From an uncultured Acidimicrobiaceae bacterium (lineage in GTDB: Bacteria; Actinomycetota; Acidimicrobiia; Acidimicrobiales; Ilumatobacteraceae): a DNA stretch of 64,000 nucleotides. The DNA is taken from assembly GCA_963720695.1 (NCBI GenBank), contig CAVRGG010000001.1, positions 804,299 through 868,298 on the forward strand. The letters run 5' to 3'. The translations under genes were made by a program, and so were the position numbers. Below are positions 55,351-64,000 of this stretch, one piece after another. Below the pieces are notes generated by a model, which worked only from the letters and a program-made list of their open reading frames with translations, did no database searches and had not been told where the DNA came from. Positions within the stretch are counted from its first letter, which is position 1; each line of letters starts with the position of its first letter.

Positions 55351-56342
55351 GAGGTCCCTTCGAGTGGGGGGTCGGGTTGCAGGAGGAGGTGGACGGCGCG
55401 ATCGGCCAGCAGCCACTGGTCGTCGAGCCAGCGTGTGAACGCGTCGCCCGACGGTACGTCGGATCGGGGCACCCGTCGCGCATGGAAGCGCACCGGCAAC
55501 GGGGCCGCCGCGAGGTGGCGGAGGATGCCCCCGAACGTGTCGAGCCCGTCGAAGCCCACGTGCCAACCGATCACCACGTCCGCCTCGGGCGAGCCGGCGA
55601 GCAGCGCCGCCGAGCCGGCGGGACGTGGTGGCAGCAGATGCTGCAGCGCTCCCATCCGTTCGGCGCGTTCGGGGTCGCGCTCGCGGATCTTGTCGAGTGC
55701 CCGGGCGCGTTTGCTCGGTGATGCCCGGGTGCCCTCTGGGAAGATGACGGCGATCTCATCGTCGGCGAGACCGGCGGACAGCGCCGTGAGTGCCGACAGT
55801 TCGGTGGAGGAGTCCGGTGCCTCCCGATCGAGGAAGTGATTCGGCAGGCGGTTTCCGACGATGTCGAGGCAGGGGTCGAAGAGCAGTTCACGCTTGAGGA
55901 CGTAGCGAGGGTTCATCCTGGCGACGGACGTGATGATCCACACGCTGAGGAGTGAGTCGGCCAGGCTCGCATGACGACAGAGGAGGATGGCCGGGCCGGG
56001 CACCATGCACTGGGCGTCGGCGGCCTCGATGGTGATGCCGGTCGTGACCCTGAGCGCTGCCATCAGTCGTGCGGCCCACCATCGCTGCAGTCGGAAGTGC
56101 GACGGCCGGTGCCCGGCCCGGCCGACGAGCCACAGCGCGGCGGCGATGGTGACGCCGGCCGTCTCGAGCCAGGCCCAGCACACACCGAAGCCCAGCAGCC
56201 GCACCGTCGGCAGGCGCAGGCGACCGCGGACGAGGTCGAACAGCGCGGCGAGCGGCAACCAGAACGGGAGCAGCACCACCAGCAGGACCGCGGCCGCGAC
56301 GAGCGCGGGAATGCTGCGGAGGCGGCGGCCTGTCGTGCTCAC
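55347..56342 (-). CDS. Lysophospholipid acyltransferase-family membrane protein
   Basis: RHASLADS (HxxxxD) and FPEGTRA motifs. N-terminal TM helices. GTG start. Confidence 0.75.
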   Translation of the reverse strand: MSTTGRRLRSIPALVAAAVLLVVLLPFWLPLAALFDLVRGRLRLPTVRLLGFGVCWAWLETAGVTIAAALWLVGRAGHRPSHFRLQRWWAARLMAALRVTTGITIEAADAQCMVPGPAILLCRHASLADSLLSVWIITSVARMNPRYVLKRELLFDPCLDIVGNRLPNHFLDREAPDSSTELSALTALSAGLADDEIAVIFPEGTRASPSKRARALDKIRERDPERAERMGALQHLLPPRPAGSAALLAGSPEADVVIGWHVGFDGLDTFGGILRHLAAAPLPVRFHARRVPRSDVPSGDAFTRWLDDQWLLADRAVHLLLQPDPPLEGTS

Positions 56343-56396
56343 GGACAGGACCCTAGAACGGCAGGAGGGACCGTGCCGCGCCGTGCTCGAAAGTCG

Positions 56397-57254
56397 TCAG
56401 ACGTTGAACTCGGCCACCAGCGGGGCGTACCGCTCCATCGCCGCGAGCGCCGCGTCGCGGTCGAGCGGGGGCAGCCCGAGTGCGACGAACGAGGCGCCGA
56501 GGTCGCGCAGGTGGGCGAGGTGCAACGGATCCGGTTTCGCTCCGAACACGCCGAGGCGAAGCGTCGCCGGGTCGCGTCCGGCGTCCGCGGCCGCCTGTTG
56601 CAGTTCGACCCACTTGTCGTCAACGGGAAATCGGCCCTCGATGGGCATCCACACATCGCCGTACTCGATGATGTGGCGGAAGTGGAGCGGGGTCGGCGAG
56701 GCGCCGATGACGATCGGTGGGTGTGGCTGTTGGAGCGGCTTGGGCCAACTCCAGCTCTTCTCGAAGTGCACGTACTCGCCGTGGAACTCCGCCTCGTCCT
56801 TGGTCCACAGCTCCTTGCAGGCGAGGATCTTCTCGCGCACCACCTTGCGCCGGTGGCCGATGTCGACGCCGTGCGACTCCATCTCCTCGTGGTTCCAGCC
56901 GTAGCCCACCCCGAGCATGAACCTGCCACCGGAGATGACGTCGAGCGAGGCCACCTCCTTGGCCAGCCAGATCGGGTCGCGCTGGGCGACGAGCGTGATC
57001 CCGGTGGCGAGCTGGATCGAGGTGGTCGCTCCCGCGACGGCAGCCAGGGCGACGAACTGATCGTGGGTGCGCCAGTACTCCTGCGGCAGCGCCGGCGCGC
57101 CCTCTCGACCGCCCCACGGGGTGCGCCTGCTCACCGGGATGTGCGAGTGCTCAGGGAACCAGATCGACCGGAAACCTCGCGCCTCGGCCTCGCGGCCGAG
57201 CTCGACGGGCTGGATGCCCTTGTCGGTGGGGAAGATCAGCAGTCCGATGTCCAT
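56397..57254 (-). CDS. LLM-class (luciferase-like) F420-dependent oxidoreductase
   Basis: 285-aa ORF (FRSIWFPEHSHIP...). Resembles the Rv2161c-type TIGR03619 family from memory. Confidence 0.7.
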   Translation of the reverse strand: MDIGLLIFPTDKGIQPVELGREAEARGFRSIWFPEHSHIPVSRRTPWGGREGAPALPQEYWRTHDQFVALAAVAGATTSIQLATGITLVAQRDPIWLAKEVASLDVISGGRFMLGVGYGWNHEEMESHGVDIGHRRKVVREKILACKELWTKDEAEFHGEYVHFEKSWSWPKPLQQPHPPIVIGASPTPLHFRHIIEYGDVWMPIEGRFPVDDKWVELQQAAADAGRDPATLRLGVFGAKPDPLHLAHLRDLGASFVALGLPPLDRDAALAAMERYAPLVAEFNV

Positions 57255-57272
57255 GAGGCGAGACAGTATCCC

Positions 57273-57791
57273 TCAGTCGCCGGTGACGCCGTCGATGGCC
57301 TCACGAAGCAGATCGGCGTGTCCGGCGTGCCGCGCGTACTCCTCGATCATGTGCACCAGGATCCATCTCAGGTTGGGGTGGAAGGTGCCGCCGGCCTCGG
57401 TTCGGCGTTCGCGCACCGAGGTGTCGTCGAGGTGGTGATCGGCGATGACGATGTCGGCGGCCTCGATCTCCGCCCTCAGGGCCGCGACGGCGTCGGCCAG
57501 CGTCGCATCGGCCGGCGGATGCATGTCGAGGTCGTCATCGGTGTCGGTGTAGTAGAGCGGGGGCGCGGCTCGGTCGAGCATGCACCGTTGGAACCAGTTG
57601 CGCTCCACCTCCGCCATGTGGCGGACGAGTCCCATCAGGCTCAGGCTGCTGGGCGGCGTCGAGCGCGTCCGAGCCTGCTGGTCGTCGAGGCCGTCGACCT
57701 TGATGAGCAGGGTCGCCCGGTACCAGTCGAGGAACGCGAGCAGCGTCGTGCGCTCGTCTGCGGCCATGGACGGGTCGATGCGGTCGATCAT
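57273..57791 (-). CDS. DinB-like / DUF664 (mycothiol-transferase-like) protein
   Basis: 172-aa ORF with a four-helix DinB pattern (LVRHMAEVE...HMIEEYARHAGHADLLRE). Confidence 0.7.
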   Translation of the reverse strand: MIDRIDPSMAADERTTLLAFLDWYRATLLIKVDGLDDQQARTRSTPPSSLSLMGLVRHMAEVERNWFQRCMLDRAAPPLYYTDTDDDLDMHPPADATLADAVAALRAEIEAADIVIADHHLDDTSVRERRTEAGGTFHPNLRWILVHMIEEYARHAGHADLLREAIDGVTGD

Positions 57792-57821
57792 GGGGTCACA
57801 CTACGCGGCAGACTGTCGTGC

Positions 57822-58091
57822 ATGGTTCGAGCACGCGTGATCGTGCATGGCGACGTCCAGGGCGTGTGGTTCCGCGAGTCGTGCAAGCGCATCGCGGAGG
57901 AGCAGGGAGTCGCCGGCTGGGTTCGCAATCGGGAGGACGGCACGGTCGAGGCGTCCCTCGAGGGCGACGTCCGGTCGGTGGCGATCGTGGTCTCGTGGTG
58001 TCGCATCGGTCCACCGCGTGCGTCGGTCACCTCGATCGAGGTCACCGACGAAGAGCCCGAGGGGCTGGTGGGATTCCGCGTCAGGCGTTGA
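57822..58091 (+). CDS. acyP: Acylphosphatase
   Basis: VHGDVQGVWFR and GWVRNREDGTVE motifs. Only the last 270 nt of the spurious ORF 55971..58091 are real. Confidence 0.85.
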   Translation: MVRARVIVHGDVQGVWFRESCKRIAEEQGVAGWVRNREDGTVEASLEGDVRSVAIVVSWCRIGPPRASVTSIEVTDEEPEGLVGFRVRR

Positions 58092-58734
58092 GGACCGGAC
58101 CGTCGAAGCGGTCGATCGTGGTGAACGACTCCACCGGGTTGCGGCGCAACTTGGTGTTCTGGTGGGTCGGGACCCCGAGGAAGATGGTGGCCACCAGCGC
58201 ATGGCGCGGCGGGAGCCCGAGCACGGGAGCGACGTCCGCCTCGGCCCGAGACAGGAACGTCGTGAGCACTCCACCGAGGCCGCGTGCCCGAGCGGCGAGG
58301 AGGATGCTCCAGCAGAACGGATAGATGCTGGCGCCGCCGACGACGGGTGGGCGATCGGACGCGTTGCCGTCCATGATCGCGATCTTGTCGAGGTCGGCGG
58401 CGATGGCCAGCACGACCGGCACCCCCGCGATCTGGTCGATGAGAGGATTCGGCGTCGGTACCGGTGGCGCGTCGATCGACAGCCCGTACACGAACGGTCG
58501 CCGCCCGACGGCGTTGGCACCCATGTACTCGTGCCACACCGGGCGCATCAGGTCCGCCATCGTCGTCCGGATCGTCGGATCCTTGACCACCGCGACGCGC
58601 CACGGCTGTTGGTTGCCGCCGCTGGGCGCGAACCGCGCGTCGTCGAGCACCTCGGCGACGAGCGCGTCGCTGACCGCGTCGTCGGTGAAGCCTCGCACTG
58701 CGCCATTGGTGCGCAGCGCGAGCGACAGGTCCAT
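58081..58734 (-). CDS. Nitroreductase-family protein
   Basis: [16 protein letters not shown]...APSGGNQQPW. The real frame is only the 3' part of ORF 58081..61104. TGATG junction with aconitase. Confidence 0.8.
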   Translation of the reverse strand: MDLSLALRTNGAVRGFTDDAVSDALVAEVLDDARFAPSGGNQQPWRVAVVKDPTIRTTMADLMRPVWHEYMGANAVGRRPFVYGLSIDAPPVPTPNPLIDQIAGVPVVLAIAADLDKIAIMDGNASDRPPVVGGASIYPFCWSILLAARARGLGGVLTTFLSRAEADVAPVLGLPPRHALVATIFLGVPTHQNTKLRRNPVESFTTIDRFDGPVLNA

Positions 58735-61004
58735 CAGACCTTGCCCTCGGCGACCTTGCGGCGCACCACGTTGAGCGCCGAGCCGGCCCGGAACCACTCG
58801 ACCTGCTCGGGACTGAAGGTGTGCTTGCCCTCGAACGGGATGGTCGTGCCGTCGGGCTTGACGATCTCGCAGCGGACGTTCTTGCCGGGCACCGGGGGGA
58901 GGTCGAGCACGTTGATCCGGTCGTCCTCGCCGATGAGGTCGTAGGTGGCCGGGTCGGCGAAGGTCAGCGGGACGAGGCCTTGCTTCTTGAGGTTGGTCTC
59001 GTGGATCCGGGCGAAGCTGCGGGTGATGATGACCACGCCGCCGCGGAACCTCGGCTCCATGGCCGCGTGCTCGCGAGACGATCCCTCGCCGTAGTTCCGG
59101 TCGCCGATCGCCACCCAGCGGATCCCGGCCTCGCTGTACTTCTTGGCGAGGTTCGGGTAGGTGTCGGTGCTGCCGTCGCGCACGTCCTTGCCCTCGCCGA
59201 CCGCGTCGTTGAACGCGTTGACGGCGCCGAGGAACAGGTTGCCGGAGATGTTCTCCAGGTGACCGCGGTAGGTGAGCCACTTGCCGGCCGCCGAGATGTG
59301 GTCGGTGGTGCACTTGCCCTTGGCCTTCATCAGGATCGGCAGCCCGAGGTAGTCGTTGCCGTCCCAGGCGGCGAAGGGCTGCAGCAGCTGCAGGCGGTCG
59401 CTGGTGGGGGACACCACCACCGAGACGTCGCTGCCGTCGGCGGGCGGCGGGGTGAAGGTGTTCTGGCCCGGGTCGTACCCGCGGTCGGGCAGCACCTCGC
59501 CCACGGGCGCCTCGAGCAGCACGGCGCTGCCGTCGGGAGCGGTGATGGTGTCCGTGGTGGGATCGAAGTCGAGGCGGCCGGCGAGCGCGAGCGCGACGAC
59601 GGTGTCGGGTGAGGTGACGAAGCTGAGCGTGTTGGCCGAGCCGTCGTTGCGCTTGGGGAAGTTGCGGTTGAAGGAGTTGACGATGGTGTTCGGTTGCCCG
59701 TTCGCGCTCGGCGGGCGATCCCACTGCCCGATGCACGGCCCGCAGGCGTTCGCGAGCACCGTGGCCCCGATCGCCTCGAGGTCGGCGATGAGCCCATCGC
59801 GCTCGATGGTCGCCCGGGTCTGCTCCGAGCCGGGGGTGACGAGCAGTTCGGTCTTCACCTTCAGCCCGCGAGCGGCGGCCTGGCGGGCGATGGACGCGGC
59901 GCGGGTGATGTCCTCGTACGAGCTGTTCGTGCAGCTGCCGATGAGGGCCGAGGAGATCTCCAGCGGCCAGTCGTTGGCTCGGGCCTCGGCGCCCACCGCG
60001 GCGCCGACGCGGTTGGCGCGGTCGGGGGAGTGGGGGCCGTTGATGAGCGGCTTGAGCTGATCGAGGTCGATCTCGATCACCTGGTCGTAGAGCGCACCGT
60101 CGTCGGGTCGCAGGTCGGCGACGACCTTGTCGGCGGCGTCGGCGATGGCCTCGCGCCCGGTGGCCTTGAGATACACCGCCATGTTGTGGTCGTACCCGAA
60201 CAGGCTGCAGGTGGCGCCGATCTCCGCGCCCATGTTGCAGATGGTGGCCTTGCCGGTGGCCGAGATGCTGTCGGCACCGGGGCCGAAGTACTCGACGATG
60301 GCACCCGTGCCGCCCTCGACCGTGAGCACTCGTGCGACCTCGAGGATGACGTCCTTTGGTGCGGTCCAGCCGTTGAGCGTGCCGGTGAGCTTGACCCCGA
60401 TCACCTTGGGCCAGCGGACGTTGAACGGGAACCCGGTCATGACGTCGACGGCATCGGCGCCGCCGACACCGATCGCCACCATGCCGAGACCGCCGGCATT
60501 GGGGGTGTGGCTGTCGGTCCCGATCATCATCCCGCCCGGGAAGGCGTAGTTCTCCAGCACGACCTGGTGGATGATGCCGCTGCCCGGCCCCCAGAAACCG
60601 ATGCCGTACTTGGCGCTCACCGAGCGGAGGAAGTCGTACACCTCGCGGTTGGTGTCGATGGCCACGCCGAGGTCGATCTTGGCGCCCACCTTGGCCGAGA
60701 TGAGGTGGTCGCAGTGGACGGTGCTCGGCACCGCCGTGGTCGGCAGTCCGGCGGTCATGAACTGCAGCAGCGCCATCTGGGCGGTGGCGTCCTGCATGGC
60801 GACCCGATCCGGACGGAAGTCGTTGTACGTGCCGCCCCGCTCGATCGGCTCCGTCGGGTCGCCGAGGTGGTTGAGCAGGATCTTCTCGGTCAACGTGAGC
60901 GGTCGGCCGAAGCGGGCGCGACCGGCGGCGGCCCGCTCTGCCAGGGTGGCATAGACACCCTCGACGAGTTCGATCGGCGTTCCAGCGGTGACATTCATCG
61001 ACAT
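58734..61004 (-). CDS. acn: Aconitate hydratase (~756 aa, mitochondrial-type)
   Basis: [40 protein letters not shown] and CTNSSYED Fe-S cluster ligand motifs. Start at MSMNVT (61004). Confidence 0.9.
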   Translation of the reverse strand: MSMNVTAGTPIELVEGVYATLAERAAAGRARFGRPLTLTEKILLNHLGDPTEPIERGGTYNDFRPDRVAMQDATAQMALLQFMTAGLPTTAVPSTVHCDHLISAKVGAKIDLGVAIDTNREVYDFLRSVSAKYGIGFWGPGSGIIHQVVLENYAFPGGMMIGTDSHTPNAGGLGMVAIGVGGADAVDVMTGFPFNVRWPKVIGVKLTGTLNGWTAPKDVILEVARVLTVEGGTGAIVEYFGPGADSISATGKATICNMGAEIGATCSLFGYDHNMAVYLKATGREAIADAADKVVADLRPDDGALYDQVIEIDLDQLKPLINGPHSPDRANRVGAAVGAEARANDWPLEISSALIGSCTNSSYEDITRAASIARQAAARGLKVKTELLVTPGSEQTRATIERDGLIADLEAIGATVLANACGPCIGQWDRPPSANGQPNTIVNSFNRNFPKRNDGSANTLSFVTSPDTVVALALAGRLDFDPTTDTITAPDGSAVLLEAPVGEVLPDRGYDPGQNTFTPPPADGSDVSVVVSPTSDRLQLLQPFAAWDGNDYLGLPILMKAKGKCTTDHISAAGKWLTYRGHLENISGNLFLGAVNAFNDAVGEGKDVRDGSTDTYPNLAKKYSEAGIRWVAIGDRNYGEGSSREHAAMEPRFRGGVVIITRSFARIHETNLKKQGLVPLTFADPATYDLIGEDDRINVLDLPPVPGKNVRCEIVKPDGTTIPFEGKHTFSPEQVEWFRAGSALNVVRRKVAEGKV

Positions 61005-61093
61005 TCCCCTTGCATCGGCGGCCAGATGTAGACAAGCATAATACAAGTTTGCCGGTGTGCCAAAGCCCTCCCGGTGACAAGATCGAGGCCACG

Positions 61094-61819
61094 ATGCGCA
61101 CCATCCGATACCAGGAGATCGCTCACACCTTGCGAGATCGCGTCCACGCCGAAGGGCCTGGGCACGTCCTGCCGAGCGAGAGCGACCTGTCCGCGGAGTT
61201 CGACGTCAGTCGGGTGACGGTGCGCCGGGCGCTGGAGACGCTGCGCGACGAGGGCCTCGTCGAGTCCCGCCAGGGGTTCGGATGGTTCGTCGCCACCGCC
61301 CCGTTGCAGCAGCGGCTGGGCCGCCTCGACACCATCGAGGCCCAACTCACCGAACGCGGCGTGCATCCGGAGCGCCAGATCCTCGAGTTCGCGTTCGTGA
61401 CCGCGCCGGCGCACGTGGCCGAACGGCTTCGCTGCGAGCAGGTGCTGCGGGTCAAGCGTCGCAACCTCGCCGACGGCGCACCGTTCGCCGTGGTCACCGT
61501 GTGGTGCCCTGCCGACGTCGGCCAGCACCTGAGCCGCAGCGATGTGGAACGCAAGCCGTTCTACGAGCTCCTCGGCATGCAGTTGCGTGGCGCGACCCAG
61601 ACCATCGGCGCGGCTGCGGCGAGCGAGTCCGACGCCGCCCTGCTCGAGGTGCCCGTGGACAGCCCGGTCCTGCGCTGCGAGCGTCTCACCACCACCGTCG
61701 CCGGCGACCCGATCCTGCTCAGCGAGCACATCTTTCCGGCCCACCGCACCGAGTTCGTGGTCGAGCTGCCCCAGGCCGAGCCGTCGATCGTCCCGAGCGG
61801 CCTCCGCCTGGTGGAGTGA
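61094..61819 (+). CDS. GntR/HutC-family transcriptional regulator (UTRA effector domain)
   Basis: [25 protein letters not shown] wHTH. Divergent from acn. Confidence 0.85.
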   Translation: MRTIRYQEIAHTLRDRVHAEGPGHVLPSESDLSAEFDVSRVTVRRALETLRDEGLVESRQGFGWFVATAPLQQRLGRLDTIEAQLTERGVHPERQILEFAFVTAPAHVAERLRCEQVLRVKRRNLADGAPFAVVTVWCPADVGQHLSRSDVERKPFYELLGMQLRGATQTIGAAAASESDAALLEVPVDSPVLRCERLTTTVAGDPILLSEHIFPAHRTEFVVELPQAEPSIVPSGLRLVE

Positions 61820-61820
61820 C

Positions 61821-62567
61821 TCAGGCGACTCTGAACTCGTTCACGACGAGGTGACACGCGATCGGGCTGACGTCGTGCGCTGCGGCGGCGGCGATGTCGT
61901 CCTCCCACCCGCGGGCGATCAGCTCGCGCCCGCTCGCACACGAGGTCAATGTCTCGTAGAGACGAGGGCGGGCAGCGACGAACGCGCTCCGAGCGGCGCC
62001 GGCCTCGGGTGAGCAACCCGGCGCAGACACCGCTCCGGAAGGGTCGAGGGCCGCGAGCACCGCGCCGGCACCGAGTTGATCCTCGACCGCCGGACGCAGC
62101 GGGCCGTCGCCCCAGCGCTCGCCCGCGCTGATCACACTGATCGGGCCGCCCGCGGCGAGTCGTCGCGCTGCGGCCGCGGTGGCGGTGGCGTTGCGGATCG
62201 ATCCGGCCAGGACGTGTGCCACTCCGAGTTCGCGCGCCATGAACGCGAGCGTCGACCCGTTGGGTGAGGGCAGCACGATGCGGAGCCCGGGGGCGACGGT
62301 CAGCAGGTCGGTGGGGGACAGCGAGATCTCCCCTGCCTCGCGACGGCCGGCGAGGACGGCATCGTTCGCCACCGCGTAGGCGGCCGCGCCGTCGTCGTTC
62401 CAGCGGTACGGCAGGACGGTCGCACCCGATTCCAGGGCACAGCACACCGCGGTGCTGAACCGCAGCACGTCGACGATGACGACCACGGCCGAGTGCGGTG
62501 CCAGCGCGGCGAGCCCTTCGGCTCCCCAGTCGCTGCGGTAGGCGAAGCCGTCCTGGGCGGTTACCAC
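61821..62567 (-). CDS. 2-phosphosulfolactate phosphatase (ComB)-family protein
   Basis: VVIVDVLRFST...SPNGS pattern. GTG 62567 overlaps the upstream nitroreductase stop (GTGGTAA). Confidence 0.65.
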   Translation of the reverse strand: MVTAQDGFAYRSDWGAEGLAALAPHSAVVVIVDVLRFSTAVCCALESGATVLPYRWNDDGAAAYAVANDAVLAGRREAGEISLSPTDLLTVAPGLRIVLPSPNGSTLAFMARELGVAHVLAGSIRNATATAAAARRLAAGGPISVISAGERWGDGPLRPAVEDQLGAGAVLAALDPSGAVSAPGCSPEAGAARSAFVAARPRLYETLTSCASGRELIARGWEDDIAAAAAHDVSPIACHLVVNEFRVA

Positions 62568-63208
62568 GTGTCCCAGTGGGTGATGGGCTCGAGGGGCAGG
62601 CGCTTCGCGGGCTTGAAGTCGGTCCCGAGCGTGTAGGCGATGGGGAACATCCCGGCCTGGGTGATGCCATCGGGGATGCCGAGCAGTTCCGCCGCCTCGC
62701 GGTCGCCACCGTTCATCAGGTGGATGGTGGTCCACGCGGTGCCGAGCCCGCGCTCGCGGGCGGCGAGCATGAAGCTCCACACCGCGGGAAGCAGCGAACC
62801 CCACGCCGAGGCGCCGGCGAAGGCGGGCACGCCGTCGAGGTTGCCGGTGATGCAGGGGATCATGATGACCGGCGCACGATGGAAGTTCTCGGTGAGGTAT
62901 TCGGCCGAGGAGAGCACCCGGTCCTTCTGTGCGTATCGGAGGTCCGACTCCTCGTAGGGGTTGGCGGCGCTGAACGAGCGGTACACCTCGAAGTTCTTCT
63001 TGTAGATGTCGGCCAAGGCCTTCTTCTTCGCCGCATCGGTGACGAACAGCCATTGCCAGCCCTGTGAGTTGCTCCCCGTCGGTGCCTGGAGCGCCAACTC
63101 GAGGCACTCCTCGATGACGCTGCGCTCGACCGGCGTGTCGAAGTCGAGTCGCTTGCGCACGGCGCGTGTGGTGGACAGGACTTCATCGGCGGTGAGGTTC
63201 AAATGCAT
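62561..63208 (-). CDS. Nitroreductase-family protein
   Basis: 215-aa ORF (RAVRKRLDF, APTGSNSQGWQW). Confidence 0.8.
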   Translation of the reverse strand: MHLNLTADEVLSTTRAVRKRLDFDTPVERSVIEECLELALQAPTGSNSQGWQWLFVTDAAKKKALADIYKKNFEVYRSFSAANPYEESDLRYAQKDRVLSSAEYLTENFHRAPVIMIPCITGNLDGVPAFAGASAWGSLLPAVWSFMLAARERGLGTAWTTIHLMNGGDREAAELLGIPDGITQAGMFPIAYTLGTDFKPAKRLPLEPITHWDTW

Positions 63209-63245
63209 CTTCTCAGTGTGCCACCGCTGCGCGAGGCTGGTCGCC

Positions 63246-64000
63246 GTGGACGCCGACGAGAAGGACTACCGCCGCATCAACCTCGCCAACTGGAACAGCC
63301 GCGTCCCGGTGCACGAGGTCGGCTACAGGTTGCACGAGCACGTCGAGGACCCGTCGCACCTCTCCGACGTCGTCCGCTTCGACGTGCCGCGCCTGGGCGA
63401 CGTCGCCGGGTTGGAAGGCGTCCACCTGCAGTGCCACCTCGGGACCGACACCGTGTCGCTGGCCCGGCTCGGCGCCCGCATGACCGGGCTCGACTTCTCG
63501 GCGCCGGCGTTGGCGGTGGCGTCACGGTTGGCGGCCGACTGCGGCGAGACGATCGAGTTCGTCGAGAGCGACGTGTACGGCGCGGTCGAGGTGTTGGGCG
63601 CGGAGCGCTTCGACTTCGTCTACACCGGGATCGGTGCGCTGTGCTGGCTGCCCGACGTCGGCCGCTGGGCGCAGGTGGTCGCGTCGCTCCTGCGCCCGGG
63701 CGGGTTCCTGTTCATCCGTGAAGGGCACCCAGTGCTGTGGGCACTCGGCGATCCGCGCCCCGACGAGGTCGTGTCGATCGAGTACCCCTACTTCGAGTCC
63801 GAGGGCACGGTGTTCGTGGAGGCCACCTCGTACGTCGGTGACGAGGGTGCGCTCACGTCACCCACGATCGTGCACTTCAACCACGGCCTCGCGGAGATCT
63901 TCAACGCCCTCTGGTCGGCGGGGCTCACCATCACATTGTTCGAGGAGCACGACTCCGTCCCGTGGAACCCACTGGGCACGGCGATGGTCGAGGACGAGAG
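63246..64000 (+). CDS. Class I SAM-dependent methyltransferase, 3'-truncated by window edge
   Basis: Not in the ORF track because there is no stop before the window end. The frame is open from <=63192 to 64000 (VHLQCHLGTDTVSLARLGA..GLDFS, FDFVYTGIGALCWL). Start GTG 63246 or 63216. Confidence 0.65.
   Translation, partial: MDADEKDYRRINLANWNSRVPVHEVGYRLHEHVEDPSHLSDVVRFDVPRLGDVAGLEGVHLQCHLGTDTVSLARLGARMTGLDFSAPALAVASRLAADCGETIEFVESDVYGAVEVLGAERFDFVYTGIGALCWLPDVGRWAQVVASLLRPGGFLFIREGHPVLWALGDPRPDEVVSIEYPYFESEGTVFVEATSYVGDEGALTSPTIVHFNHGLAEIFNALWSAGLTITLFEEHDSVPWNPLGTAMVEDE

Noticed and set aside
55971-58091. 706-aa plus-strand ORF spanning four minus-strand genes
   Set aside because: Only its last 270 nt (57822..58091) encode a recognisable protein (acylphosphatase). 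The remainder is antisense to the acyltransferase, LLM and DinB genes.
58081-61104. 1007-aa minus-strand ORF covering aconitase
   Set aside because: It is out of frame with the real aconitase (58734..61004). Only its 3' end (58081..58734) is a genuine nitroreductase gene.
1-64000. Mobile elements, prophage, integrases, toxin-antitoxin or defence islands
   Set aside because: No transposase, integrase or recombinase motifs, no terminal inverted repeats and no large GC-deviant block were seen. The gene content is housekeeping throughout.

Overview
Very GC-rich, gene-dense chromosomal core segment of an actinobacterium. The phylum call rests on mshC (mycothiol), sepF/divIVA, bpa, F420-type enzymes, a T-box ileS leader and a 6C-like sRNA. 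Layout: (1) 1-17.4 kb holds a division/cell-wall (dcw) cluster: rsmH'-ftsL-ftsI-murE-mraY-murD-ftsW-murG-murC-murB-ftsQ-ftsZ-pgeF-yggS-sepF-divIVA, mostly chained by 4-nt start/stop overlaps. (2) 17.4-23.4 kb: T-box leader-ileS-DUF167-histone-H1-like/DksA-like protein-lspA-rluD. (3) 23.4-29.2 kb: Rrf2 regulator, alkaline-phosphatase-family protein, proteasome activator bpa, dnaE. (4) 29.3-44 kb: mixed housekeeping and redox genes (nitroreductase, DUF35+thiolase, YyaL, fabI/inhA-type reductase, F420 reductase, mshC, plsC, thrS, RIO kinase, HIT, GNAT, qor). (5) 44.1-49.3 kb: a two-component system plus a membrane-anchored molybdoenzyme, divergent from a Met-rich repeat lipoprotein-thioredoxin-CcdA operon. 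(6) 49.2-64 kb: gltA, carboxyltransferase, LysR regulator, a 6C-like small RNA, HAD-PlsC fusion, DUF1295, an acyltransferase, LLM oxidoreductase, DinB-like protein, acyP, nitroreductases, aconitase, GntR regulator, ComB-like phosphatase and a 3'-truncated SAM methyltransferase. I found no rRNA, intact tRNA, CRISPR array, transposase, integrase or recognisable defence island. Points most worth a second look: (a) the 44-49 kb envelope redox locus with the (DAMMTDTT)x6 lipoprotein, which is the best candidate for an undescribed system; (b) a structured sRNA with three hairpins that each display TCCCCCAA; (c) eight same-direction (+1) single-base frame breaks confined to murE-mraY-murD-ftsW-murC, and no murF between murE and mraY; (d) a Cys-less DksA-like protein with a long AKKAAP histone-like N-terminus. 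All calls come from reading the sequence and ORF translations and from remembered family motifs. No database search was run.
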